This document shows positions 50,808 to 59,678 of a DNA stretch of 64,000 nt, piece by piece. The notes beneath the pieces were generated by a model, which did no database searches, was not told the DNA's origin, and saw nothing but the letters and a program-made list of their open reading frames with translations. The stretch covers positions 1,735,676 through 1,799,675 of the forward strand of contig CAVSCK010000004.1 of NCBI GenBank assembly GCA_963726455.1. The letters run 5' to 3'. The stretch comes from an uncultured bacterium (GTDB lineage: Bacteria; Zixibacteria; MSB-5A5; CAIYYT01). The first letter of the stretch is position 1, and every line of letters begins with the position of its first letter. The translations under genes were made by a program, and so were the position numbers.

Positions 50808-52265
50808 ATGAAGAAATTATTGTCACTTACGATAGCCCTATTACTACTCACGATGGCTTCGCTGGGAGCACAGACTTCGCCGGCAAAGTCCGCCGGTTCG
50901 AAGACCATCGACAATCTCATGCAGGGCAAAATCGATATCACTATTCCCAAGGTTGGCTCCGGAGTCGAGCGCATCGTGCTTGGCAACGGACTTACACTCT
51001 ATTTCTATCAGGACAACAAACTTCCGCTCATCAACGCCTCAGCCATGATTCGTTGCGGAAGTATTTATGATTCGCCGGACAAGAACGGTTTGTCCGGATT
51101 GGTCGGCAATGTCATGCGATCGGGCGGGACCAAAACGGTCAGCGGTGACTCGCTGAATACGCTGCTCGAATACGTCGGCGGATCACTGGAACTCAACATC
51201 GGCTCCGAATCCGGCTCGGCGAATCTCAGCGTTCTATCTAAGGACATGGATCTGGGATTGCAGCTTCTTGCCGACATGTTGCGCAATCCGGCGTTTCCGC
51301 AGGACAAACTCGACCTGGCCAAGACTGACGTCAAGAATCAGATCAGGCGTCGCAACGATGACCCCAATCGTCTGGTCAACATGTATTTCGCGAATACCGT
51401 ATACGGCGATCACCCGTTCGGCCGAATTCTGGATTGGTCAACCGTGAAAAGCATTACTGTGCAGGACCTCGCCGACTATCATCAGCGTTTCTTTACTCCC
51501 AACGGAATTATTTTGGGAATCTCCGGTGACTTCGACAAGACCGACCTGCTGGCGAAGGTGCAGAAATACTTCGGTGACTGGAAGAAGTCATCGCAGACCG
51601 TTCCGGATGCGCCGGCCGTCACGATGAGTTACAAGCCGGGTGTCTACCAAGTCAAGAAAGACATCAACCAGGCCTATCTCGCTATCGGCGAACTGGGCAT
51701 CAAGCGCGACAATCCTGACCGATATGCGGTTGAGATTCTCAACTACATCCTCGGCGGCGGCTCGTTCACTTCCCGTTTGACCAGCCGTGTGCGGTCGGAT
51801 GAGGGCCTTGCCTATCATGTTGGTTCCAGTTTCGACGTTGGTTCGCGTGATTACGGAACCTTCGAGGCCGACTGCCAGACGAAGAGCTCCACGGCATACA
51901 AGGCCACCAAGATTATTACCGAGGAAATCGAAAGCATCCGAAATGACGGTGTCACTGAACAGGAACTCAAGGAAGCACAGAGCGCCATCGTCAACCGTAT
52001 GGTTTTCAACTTCGACACCGCTTCCAAGATCGTTCGCAGTCTGATGGGGCTGGAATATGACGGCTATCCGGCTGACTACTATGCAAAGTACTCGGACAAC
52101 TGCCTCAAAGTGACGCAAGCCGATATTAAGCAAGTTGCTCAGAAATATCTCAAACCCGATCAACTCACTTATATCGTGGTTGGCAAACCGGAGACGTTTG
52201 AGAAGCCGCTCACCGAATTCGGAACGATTACAAATATCGAACCTAAGAAGCCGGTGACGGACTAG
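50808..52265 (+). CDS. M16-family peptidase, non-catalytic partner subunit, exported
   Basis: Signal peptide; M16 fold with ILGGGSFTSRL..RVRSDEGLAY; HxxEH is absent. Confidence 0.88.
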   Translation: MKKLLSLTIALLLLTMASLGAQTSPAKSAGSKTIDNLMQGKIDITIPKVGSGVERIVLGNGLTLYFYQDNKLPLINASAMIRCGSIYDSPDKNGLSGLVGNVMRSGGTKTVSGDSLNTLLEYVGGSLELNIGSESGSANLSVLSKDMDLGLQLLADMLRNPAFPQDKLDLAKTDVKNQIRRRNDDPNRLVNMYFANTVYGDHPFGRILDWSTVKSITVQDLADYHQRFFTPNGIILGISGDFDKTDLLAKVQKYFGDWKKSSQTVPDAPAVTMSYKPGVYQVKKDINQAYLAIGELGIKRDNPDRYAVEILNYILGGGSFTSRLTSRVRSDEGLAYHVGSSFDVGSRDYGTFEADCQTKSSTAYKATKIITEEIESIRNDGVTEQELKEAQSAIVNRMVFNFDTASKIVRSLMGLEYDGYPADYYAKYSDNCLKVTQADIKQVAQKYLKPDQLTYIVVGKPETFEKPLTEFGTITNIEPKKPVTD

Positions 52266-52274
52266 TATAATCAA

Positions 52275-52310
52275 AGTCCGGTGGGCCAAATGGCCTGCCG
52301 GACTGCTTTT
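52275..52310. terminator. Probable bidirectional terminator between the convergent M16 and qNor genes
   Basis: AGTCCGG-TGGGCC-AAAT-GGCCTG-CCGGACT followed by GCTTTT. Confidence 0.65.
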
Positions 52311-52371
52311 CAATACTGACTTTCACAGTTTCCGCGCTCAGGCAAAGCGATCGATTTCCCTTATCACATTG

Positions 52372-54666
52372 TTAGTTAACGCGAATTCCGCCGCGCGCAT
52401 TCTCTCGTGAATACAAGTACGATTTCAAACCTGCATACACCAAAGGCAGAATGCCTATGGTGATGAAGACCACATCACCCGGCAGTCTCAGCCACTCGAT
52501 CGTCTTCACGAATTCCTGATCCAGAAACTCAGGGCTTCGGGCATGCCAGTATCCATTCTTCAGCACATCCAGGAGTTGAACGACCCCACCCGGAAACAGA
52601 TTGGTTATCACCATAAGCGCCAATCCGGCATTAAGTCCCCAGAAAGATAAACGAACATATTTCTGGATCGTTGCCCATTGCGCGTCTGTCACGACCTGAC
52701 GAAACGAAAATACCATCAAGGCAACGGCCAGCATTCCGAATACACCCATCATGGCCGCGTGACCGTGATTCGGCGTCAGCATCGTCCCTACTTCAAAGTA
52801 GCTCACAATCGGCAGGTTGATCAGGAAACCGAAGATACCTGCGCCCACGAAGTTCCAGAAGCCGACCGCCATCAGAAAATAGAAAGTCCATTTGTGCGGA
52901 ACGGATATGACCTGATTGCAGATATCACATCGTCCCCGGGTGAGTTTGATGAAATCCCAGGCGTCGAGAGTTAGCAGCGTCAGCGGCACGGTTTCCATTG
53001 CCGAGAACATTGCCGCCAACGCAAGGGTGACCTCGGATTGTCCGGTCCAATACCAGTGATGGCCTGTGCCGACGATTCCACTGCCGAGGTATAGTATCGC
53101 GTCCAGATAAACGACTCGAGTTGCTGTGGTGTGTGTCACGAGTCCTAGTTTGAAGAAGATTACGGCTACCATCGCGGTCACGAAAAGCTCGAAGAAGCCT
53201 TCGACCCACAGATGGATGATCCAGAAACGCCAGGTGTCGACGACCGTGAAATTGGTCGTGCTACTGAAGAACATCGCGGGCAAGTAGAAGATCGGAATGG
53301 CGATGGCTGAATACAGAAACAGAGAGGATATCTCAGAGGTTTCGATGGCAGACCTCGCCGGTTTCAGCGCCCGAAATAGCAGAATCAGCCATAGCACTAG
53401 TCCGGCAGCCAAAAGGATTTGCCATGCTCTTCCCAGGTCAAGATACTCCCAACCCTGGTGACCAAACCAAAACCACACATTGCCCAGGAGCTGATTAATT
53501 CCCAGAATCTCTCCGAGCAGGCTCCCAGCCACAACGATCACCAAGGCTCCAAAGAGCAGGTGTACTCCCCGCGATTGTCCTCGGGGTTCGGTTCCACCGA
53601 CTGCGGGCGCCAGCAAAAGCCCTCCGCCGACGTAAGCCGTAGCGATCCAAAATATCGCCAATTGCAGGTGCCAGGTTCGCAGGATGTTGCTGGGAAATAG
53701 ACTGGATATGTCGATACCGTAGAAGCTGCCCGGGTCGGCGCGGTAATGTGCGGTTGCGCCTCCGACTACTGCTTGTGCTAGAAACAGCACGGCTGCAATC
53801 AGGAAATACTTAATCGTGGCTCGTTGACTTGCTGTGGTCACTAGCGGCACCATCTGCGGATGAACGTGAGTGTTGTGGCCTTTCCAGCCAAGGTAGTCGA
53901 ACTTCCCTACTATGAACAGCACAAGGCCTGTGGCCCCGAGGAGAGTAATCAGACTTAGTGTGCTCCAAAGATAAGAACCGGTCGTTGGCCGATTCCCCGA
54001 TTCTGGAGCATAAGGAAAATTGTTAGTATAGGAGGAATTGAATCCGGGTCGATCGGCAACGGATGCCCAGGCAGCCCACGCGAAGAACGCCGTCAACTGT
54101 TTCAAATCGACTGAATCACGAATTGTCTTTGTCGTCAATCCCCGGTTATTCTGTGGCGTTGAGAAATATCCCGCCCAGTACCCGACCTGCTCGGAGAAAG
54201 CCGCCACTTCTGACGGAGTAAGTACTAGTATACGACCGGCTGGATCGTAGCGATTTTGCTTCAACAGGCGCTCCGTCTCCCCCTGCGCACTCGATAGCTC
54301 CTCATCGATTAGCTCCGACGGGCTCTTGTTATAGCGCGTCAGGGCGACGTCTGATAACATTCGGATCGTGAGCGCATGGAGATATTGCGCTGAGAAGTCG
54401 GGACCCAAATAGGCGCCGTGCCCCCAAATCGTACCATTCTCCATCAAACCGTATTTCAGGAAGACGCTCTGTCCCGCGGTTACGTCATCTCCGGTCCAGA
54501 TCAGCTTGCCTTCTGTCGAAATCGCTTTTTCGGGAATTGGTGGGGCGTTTTCGTAGCTCCGTACCGACACCCAGATTAGAATCGCCAGGCCAATCACGAT
54601 TGTTACAATCGTGGCCTGTTTCCACAATGGGGAAATGCGGTCGTTTACCTTAGCGACTGACTCCAT
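52372..54666 (-). CDS. norZ: Quinol-dependent nitric oxide reductase (qNor)
   Basis: WGHGAYLGPDFSA, RTWHLQL, IHLWVEGFFE, GTGHHWYW, METVP, NHGHAA, RLPGD; GGAGG RBS. Confidence 0.95.
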   Translation of the reverse strand: MESVAKVNDRISPLWKQATIVTIVIGLAILIWVSVRSYENAPPIPEKAISTEGKLIWTGDDVTAGQSVFLKYGLMENGTIWGHGAYLGPDFSAQYLHALTIRMLSDVALTRYNKSPSELIDEELSSAQGETERLLKQNRYDPAGRILVLTPSEVAAFSEQVGYWAGYFSTPQNNRGLTTKTIRDSVDLKQLTAFFAWAAWASVADRPGFNSSYTNNFPYAPESGNRPTTGSYLWSTLSLITLLGATGLVLFIVGKFDYLGWKGHNTHVHPQMVPLVTTASQRATIKYFLIAAVLFLAQAVVGGATAHYRADPGSFYGIDISSLFPSNILRTWHLQLAIFWIATAYVGGGLLLAPAVGGTEPRGQSRGVHLLFGALVIVVAGSLLGEILGINQLLGNVWFWFGHQGWEYLDLGRAWQILLAAGLVLWLILLFRALKPARSAIETSEISSLFLYSAIAIPIFYLPAMFFSSTTNFTVVDTWRFWIIHLWVEGFFELFVTAMVAVIFFKLGLVTHTTATRVVYLDAILYLGSGIVGTGHHWYWTGQSEVTLALAAMFSAMETVPLTLLTLDAWDFIKLTRGRCDICNQVISVPHKWTFYFLMAVGFWNFVGAGIFGFLINLPIVSYFEVGTMLTPNHGHAAMMGVFGMLAVALMVFSFRQVVTDAQWATIQKYVRLSFWGLNAGLALMVITNLFPGGVVQLLDVLKNGYWHARSPEFLDQEFVKTIEWLRLPGDVVFITIGILPLVYAGLKSYLYSRENARGGIRVN

Positions 54667-54811
54667 AACTATCCTCCCGATATCGAATGACTCTGCTTAA
54701 GAAAACACTCTTTCGCGGTTCTGGACAATCAGTATTCATGCGACTGAATCTGCTTGGAAATTTCCGGTGCTTTTCTCTTTGGTGCACAAACTTTGGCCTC
54801 AGCGGCCGTGA

Positions 54812-55990
54812 TCAGGTTCCAATCCGCCCTTTGAGGTTTGCAGCAGTGAACGGACCTGGCTCCGCTATTAACTTACGCGCCTGTTCAACCTGTCCCCAGA
54901 CGTTCCAAAGCAGCACTCCCCTGACTCTGCCGCTACTCAAGTAGTAGACCACGCCCTTCTGGAATTCTTCCTGCCAATCCTCGACCATCTCCAGCCGCGA
55001 ATCGAGTTCACCTATTGCTTCGTAACCCAAATCAAACAGGTCTGAATAGAAAAATGGCAAGTATTTGTACGCCCGTTGAGCGCCCGCCATGTTTGCGCCC
55101 GCCGCCCTGCCGCTGACATTCGCATTGTCTTCATGCTCGACTCGAATTCTCCTATTGAGATGGGGACTGAAGAAATTCGCCACGTCACCGGCAGCGTAAA
55201 TTCCCTGATGACTGGTCTGCAAAAACTCATCGACGAGAATGCCGTTTTCCACCTTGACACCGATTGACTCTGCCAATGACGTCTCCGGCTCGATTCCGAT
55301 TCCAGCCACGACACAATCGAATGTCCGTACACTTCCGCCGGACATCGTAATTACGAATTGCGAATTTCGCCGAATGAGTTTGGCGACTTTCTCGCCTGCG
55401 ATAATCTCTGCTCCCTTTGACTCAAAGTAGCCCGACAGAAATGCGGATAATCTCTTTGGATATACATGATCTCCCAGAGTCGCGCTGGGGAAGATCAAAG
55501 TTACCAACCTGCCGTTCATAGCCAACGCAGCCGCGATTTCCGAGCCAATGAATCCACCCCCGATGACGGCAACATGTTGCTCACCATTGCTCAGGTCACG
55601 CAATCTTTGATAGTCGTCCAGCGTGCGAAAATAGATTACGCCATCATCTGCAGACGACAGGCGCCGTACTTTGCCGCCAGTGGCGAGGAGCAATTTCGAA
55701 TACGTGTATGCAACTCCCCGGTTATCGGTCACTCGCCTGTTTGCCACATCGATGCCAATCGCAGTCGTCGACAAATGCAATTCGGCATGATCGGACGCAA
55801 ACGGGCGCCAGACCTTTTCAATTGGGTCCCCTTTCCATAGTCCTTTTGATAGCGGTGGACGGTTATACGGCGGGTGGCTGTCGCTGCTGATGATTCCGAT
55901 TGTCCCCTGTTGGTCGACTTCACGGATGCCCTGGACTGCTGCATCGGCCGTCATCCCGCCACCAATAATCAGGTACTGGTAGTCAGGCAT
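54812..55990 (-). CDS. FAD/NAD(P)H-dependent oxidoreductase (ferredoxin reductase/MDHAR-like)
   Basis: IIGGG, PPYNRPPLSKG, LLLATG, VIGGGFIGSE, IYAAGDVA, PFFYSD. Confidence 0.9.
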   Translation of the reverse strand: MPDYQYLIIGGGMTADAAVQGIREVDQQGTIGIISSDSHPPYNRPPLSKGLWKGDPIEKVWRPFASDHAELHLSTTAIGIDVANRRVTDNRGVAYTYSKLLLATGGKVRRLSSADDGVIYFRTLDDYQRLRDLSNGEQHVAVIGGGFIGSEIAAALAMNGRLVTLIFPSATLGDHVYPKRLSAFLSGYFESKGAEIIAGEKVAKLIRRNSQFVITMSGGSVRTFDCVVAGIGIEPETSLAESIGVKVENGILVDEFLQTSHQGIYAAGDVANFFSPHLNRRIRVEHEDNANVSGRAAGANMAGAQRAYKYLPFFYSDLFDLGYEAIGELDSRLEMVEDWQEEFQKGVVYYLSSGRVRGVLLWNVWGQVEQARKLIAEPGPFTAANLKGRIGT

Positions 55991-56068
55991 ATGCTCCTCC
56001 TTATGAATATGTTACGTGGTCTCTACCCTGCATCTTAGTGATTATCGCCTGGCAAATGCAGGAGATGT

Positions 56069-56097
56069 TTGCACGGTATGGCAGAACAGCGTATCTT
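56069..56097 (+). promoter_or_regulatory. Candidate selD promoter
   Basis: TTGCAC (56069-74), 17 nt, TATCTT (56092-97); ATG follows 11 nt later with no SD. Confidence 0.45.
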
Positions 56098-56108
56098 GGT
56101 CAGTCGTT

Positions 56109-57164
56109 ATGAAGAACAGTAAAGATGAGATATCGGTCAAGCTAACGGCACAGGTTTCCTGCGCCGGCTGAGCATCGAAATTGGGGCCAAAGTTTTTGGC
56201 CGAAGTACTAAAATCGTTACCGCCGAACTCGAACTCGAACTTGTTGGTCGGATTTGAGACATCTGATGACGCAGGCGTGTACAGAATTAACGATCGGCAA
56301 GCATTGGTGCAGACGGTGGACTTCTTTCCGCCGATCGTCGATGATCCATATTATTTCGGCCAGATCGCGGCGGCAAACGCCTTGTCCGATATCTACGCCA
56401 TGGGAGGCAAACCGCTGACGGCATTGAATATTGTTGCTTTCCCATCAAGCTCAATGCCGGGGGAAATTCTGGCCCGCATACTTAGAGGTGGCGCCGACAA
56501 GATCAAGGAGGCCGGTGTTGTCATCGTCGGCGGCCATTCGATCAAGGATAAAGAGTTGAAGTACGGCGTGGCAGCCACCGGAATTATCGATATCGACAAG
56601 ATCGTGAGAAACGTCGGCGCGCAGGCCGGCGACCGCTTGTATCTAACTAAACCATTGGGGACGGGCATAATCACTACTGCCCTAAAACATGATGCCGCAG
56701 ATCCGGCTGATGTCAGCGCGGCTACAGAATCAATGACACGCCTGAACGACAAAGCGTCCGAGCTCATGGTTAAATACTGTGCGCATGCGGCAACGGACAT
56801 TACCGGTTACGGGATACTCGGCCACGCGTACGAGATGGCAAGCGGCTCCCGGGTTACATTCAGTTTGACGTTCGATAAATTGCCCCTGCTTCCCAACGTG
56901 CTCCAATACGCAGAGGCGGGGCATCTTACAGGAGGCGCTTCAGCAAATCGCGAGTATCTGGAAGACAAGACAATGATTTCCAAAGAGCTGTCTGGTCCGC
57001 AAGTTGATCTTCTGTTCGATGCTCAAACCTCGGGTGGCCTGCTGATCGCGTTGCCGAAGGCAAGTGGTGACCTGCTGATGCAGGAGGCCATGTCTCTTGG
57101 CTTGTCAGTCTGGGAAATCGGCTATGTCGCTCCACAGGGAGCGTTCGCGATTGAAGTCGTTTAG
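56109..57164 (+). CDS. selD: Selenide, water dikinase, selenocysteine-containing (UGA at 56169-56171)
   Basis: In-frame upstream extension MKNSKDEISVKLTAQVSCAG-U-ASKLGP places UGA at the catalytic CxxC/U position; downstream SDDAGVY, TVDFFPPIVDDPYYFGQIAAANALSDIYAMGG, GGHS, LTKPLGTG, DITGYG, DAQTSGGLL. Confidence 0.93.
56185..56201 (+). promoter_or_regulatory. Candidate bacterial SECIS hairpin
   Basis: GGCCAAA-GTT-TTTGGCC, starting 13 nt after the UGA; the apical-loop G is 21 nt downstream of the UGA. Confidence 0.6.
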
Positions 57165-57185
57165 GAGATTAACCCTCGGCTCTTG

Positions 57186-58673
57186 TCACTCGCCAAATAC
57201 CAGGGCTTGAAACTTGTGAATCACGGCATCCGGGTTCTTGTATGCGTCGCTCGGCAACCCCGCCTTCTCACATGTTTGCTCCAGAAACTGCGTGCGATTC
57301 CAGCCATAGTCCGTCGCCACCTGAGGCAGCAACAGGCCCCGATTGTTTCCGAGAGAAATCATGAGGCCATCGCGACCGACTTGGATGTCATCCAGCGACT
57401 CTACCTGCACCAGCGGCGTCAGAACCGAAATCTCAAGCTTTAGTTTCGGCACTTCAGAAGCGACGACCGGTACGAAACGAGGGTCCGAGACAGCCGCTTT
57501 AACTGCACAATCGGAGACCGTCTTGTAAAGCGGCTCGACTGCTATCGTGTAGCCGATGCAGCCGCGTAGTTGCCCATTCTCGTTCAGAGTGACAAACGCA
57601 GCGCCCGGTGCCTTGAGTCTTTCCGACACGTCGAAGTCAGGCACTGTTCCTTTGGCCAAGTAGCTCTCAATCGACCTGCGGGCAATTTCCAGGAGCATCT
57701 TCTTGTCGCCCGCCGACAGCGCGGTCGATTGCTCCTCAGGTGTCTTTTCAATCTGTCCCTGTTTCTCGGGATCAGTCTTCTTCGTAGGAGACGACGACTT
57801 GTAGATCGCGGCTGCAACATATCCGACCACTGTGGATTTGTCTCCGGTGATGTCACCGGAATCGCCATACCGCAATATCTTCACTTTGTCGGCGCCCATC
57901 GCCTTGGCGGCTTTCAGCACGGCAAGAACGGGGCCACCGCCACACATTTCCACCTGCCCCGTGCTCAGATATTGCTGAAGCTTCGCTATTTTGAATTTGT
58001 CCAGGCAGTCCATGCCCAGCGAATCCATTTTGTAGCCCTCTTTCGCCGGGCGATAATGTTGCCAATCCGAAGATGCGATCATAACTGAATGATTATCCAG
58101 CTTCAGGGATGCCAGAGCTTTCGCGGTGAGATCAATTTCCATTGCGCTCTGCGTTCCCATAACCAGCGGCACAATACGGAAATCCTTCAGTACCGTCTGC
58201 AAGAACGGAACCTGCACCTCCAGCGAATGCTCGCGCTCATGCGGTTGAGATGCAACTGCGAATAGTTCGTTGAATGCGAGAACCTTGTTGCAGAGAGAGT
58301 CGTCGCACGCAACGTTTCCCAATGGCGTTTTCCATATGATGCCCGGTCCATAGACCGATACGCCCTGGTATCGAACGTAATGCGATGGTCCACAGAGAAT
58401 GACCTTCTTAATGCCGGAATCTTGCAGGAGCTTGTATGAATATGCGGCCACCGGACCTGAGTACGGATAGCCCGCGTGCGGAACGACCAGCGCGATAAGC
58501 CGTCCTTCGATGGCCGGCTCGCTGACCTTGCCTAGAAACGACTCGACCGCTCCTCTCAATTCCGCGCTATCTGCCGGATAGAATTGGCCTGCCACCGCCG
58601 GCTGCCTTATTGTGGCGCTTTGTGAAACGGCAACGGCGAATATCAACGTGCAGAGTATCACGAATCTTTTCAT
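57186..58673 (-). CDS. amrB: AmmeMemoRadiSam protein B (Memo-like) fused to protein A (AMMECR1), with N-terminal signal peptide
   Basis: GGAGGAG RBS before ATG 58673; MKRFVILCTLIFAVAVSQS then RQPAVAGQFYP, PHAGY.YSG, GPSH, EHSLEVQ.PFL, SSD..HY, MCG; linker; then AAFVTL...LRGCIG, EISVL, GLLLPQV, KAGL. Confidence 0.92.
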   Translation of the reverse strand: MKRFVILCTLIFAVAVSQSATIRQPAVAGQFYPADSAELRGAVESFLGKVSEPAIEGRLIALVVPHAGYPYSGPVAAYSYKLLQDSGIKKVILCGPSHYVRYQGVSVYGPGIIWKTPLGNVACDDSLCNKVLAFNELFAVASQPHEREHSLEVQVPFLQTVLKDFRIVPLVMGTQSAMEIDLTAKALASLKLDNHSVMIASSDWQHYRPAKEGYKMDSLGMDCLDKFKIAKLQQYLSTGQVEMCGGGPVLAVLKAAKAMGADKVKILRYGDSGDITGDKSTVVGYVAAAIYKSSSPTKKTDPEKQGQIEKTPEEQSTALSAGDKKMLLEIARRSIESYLAKGTVPDFDVSERLKAPGAAFVTLNENGQLRGCIGYTIAVEPLYKTVSDCAVKAAVSDPRFVPVVASEVPKLKLEISVLTPLVQVESLDDIQVGRDGLMISLGNNRGLLLPQVATDYGWNRTQFLEQTCEKAGLPSDAYKNPDAVIHKFQALVFGE

Positions 58674-58757
58674 TGGACTCCTCCGGACTGATTCAGGCCC
58701 AAAGTGGTGCGGGCAAAAACCGTACCCCTTCCGCCAGTAAGGGTGTATATTCAGTAT

Positions 58758-59678
58758 ATGAGCCGGGTCGTTGTGGTCAAGTACATTGGCGACCAGCGAA
58801 ATCGCCCTCTTTCTCAATCGGATTACGAAATTCTTCTCAATTCCGCCTTCCTGACGCTTTCTGGTAACGGCGATTTGCAGGCCGCCATTCGAAAGTATCT
58901 GCCCGACGGTGTAGTTGGTATGAAGCCGAACTGCCTGGCGCACAAATGGAATGCGACGCCGGTGCCTCTTATCGACGCTCTCTCGAATCTGTTGACATCG
59001 ACCGGTTTGCGCGACAAAGACATTGTCGTCTGGGAGCGCAGCAACCGTGAATTATCTGCCTCCGACTACAAACTAAATGCGACCTCGACCGGTCGGCGCT
59101 GCTTCGGCACTGATGCCACCATTGCTGGCTATAGCAGCGATTTCTATTCGTTTGGCGAGGTCAACTCGTTGGTTACGCGCATCTTGACTGAAATCGTCGA
59201 CGTCAACATCAATCTGCCCGTATTGAAAGACCACTCCGTCGCGGGTTTGTCGGGCGGCATGAAGAATATGTACGGCGCTATCAACAACCCTAACAAGTAC
59301 CACGCCGACAACTGCAATCCGTTCTGTGCCCATGTCAATCTCTTGGAGCCGATTCGTACGAAGAACCGGCTGACCATTATTGATGCCGTGCGCGTCCAGT
59401 ACAATGGCGGACCCGGCTTTGTGGAAGACTATATCGCCTACTTCGGCGGAATCGTCGTAAGCGACGACCCGGTTGCCGCCGATCGAGTGGGTCTCGAAAT
59501 AATCGAGCATTTTCGTGCGGTTAACGGCTTGCCGACTCTCGATAGGGTCGAGCGTCCCGTGAAATACCTGGCGACGGCGGAGAAACTCGGCCTGGGGACT
59601 GCTGATATGAAGAAGATTGATTTGCAGGTTCTGTCTGTCGACAAAAGCGGTCGACATAACTCGGAGACACTATTCTAA
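58758..59678 (+). CDS. DUF362 domain protein
   Basis: GMKPNC, VVWER, LPVLKDH..AG.SGGMKN.YG, IIDA....YNGGP, DPVAAD; start placed at ATG 58758 (track start 58704). Confidence 0.85.
   Translation: MSRVVVVKYIGDQRNRPLSQSDYEILLNSAFLTLSGNGDLQAAIRKYLPDGVVGMKPNCLAHKWNATPVPLIDALSNLLTSTGLRDKDIVVWERSNRELSASDYKLNATSTGRRCFGTDATIAGYSSDFYSFGEVNSLVTRILTEIVDVNINLPVLKDHSVAGLSGGMKNMYGAINNPNKYHADNCNPFCAHVNLLEPIRTKNRLTIIDAVRVQYNGGPGFVEDYIAYFGGIVVSDDPVAADRVGLEIIEHFRAVNGLPTLDRVERPVKYLATAEKLGLGTADMKKIDLQVLSVDKSGRHNSETLF

Noticed and set aside
50072-52313. Long minus-strand ORFs (304 aa and 241 aa)
   Set aside because: Antisense shadows of the M16 pair, with no domain motifs.
52372-54666. NO dismutase (Nod) instead of qNor
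   Set aside because: The HLWVEG and GTGHH metal ligands and conserved glutamates are canonical; the substitutions proposed for Nod are absent.
54775-54795. GTGCAC near the norZ promoter as a second LexA box
   Set aside because: Only a half-site; it has no TGCNC-N4-GTGCA arrangement.
57186-58943. 585-aa ORF-track version of the amrB fusion
   Set aside because: The first 90 codons overlap the divergent DUF362 gene; the strong RBS and signal peptide define ATG 58673.
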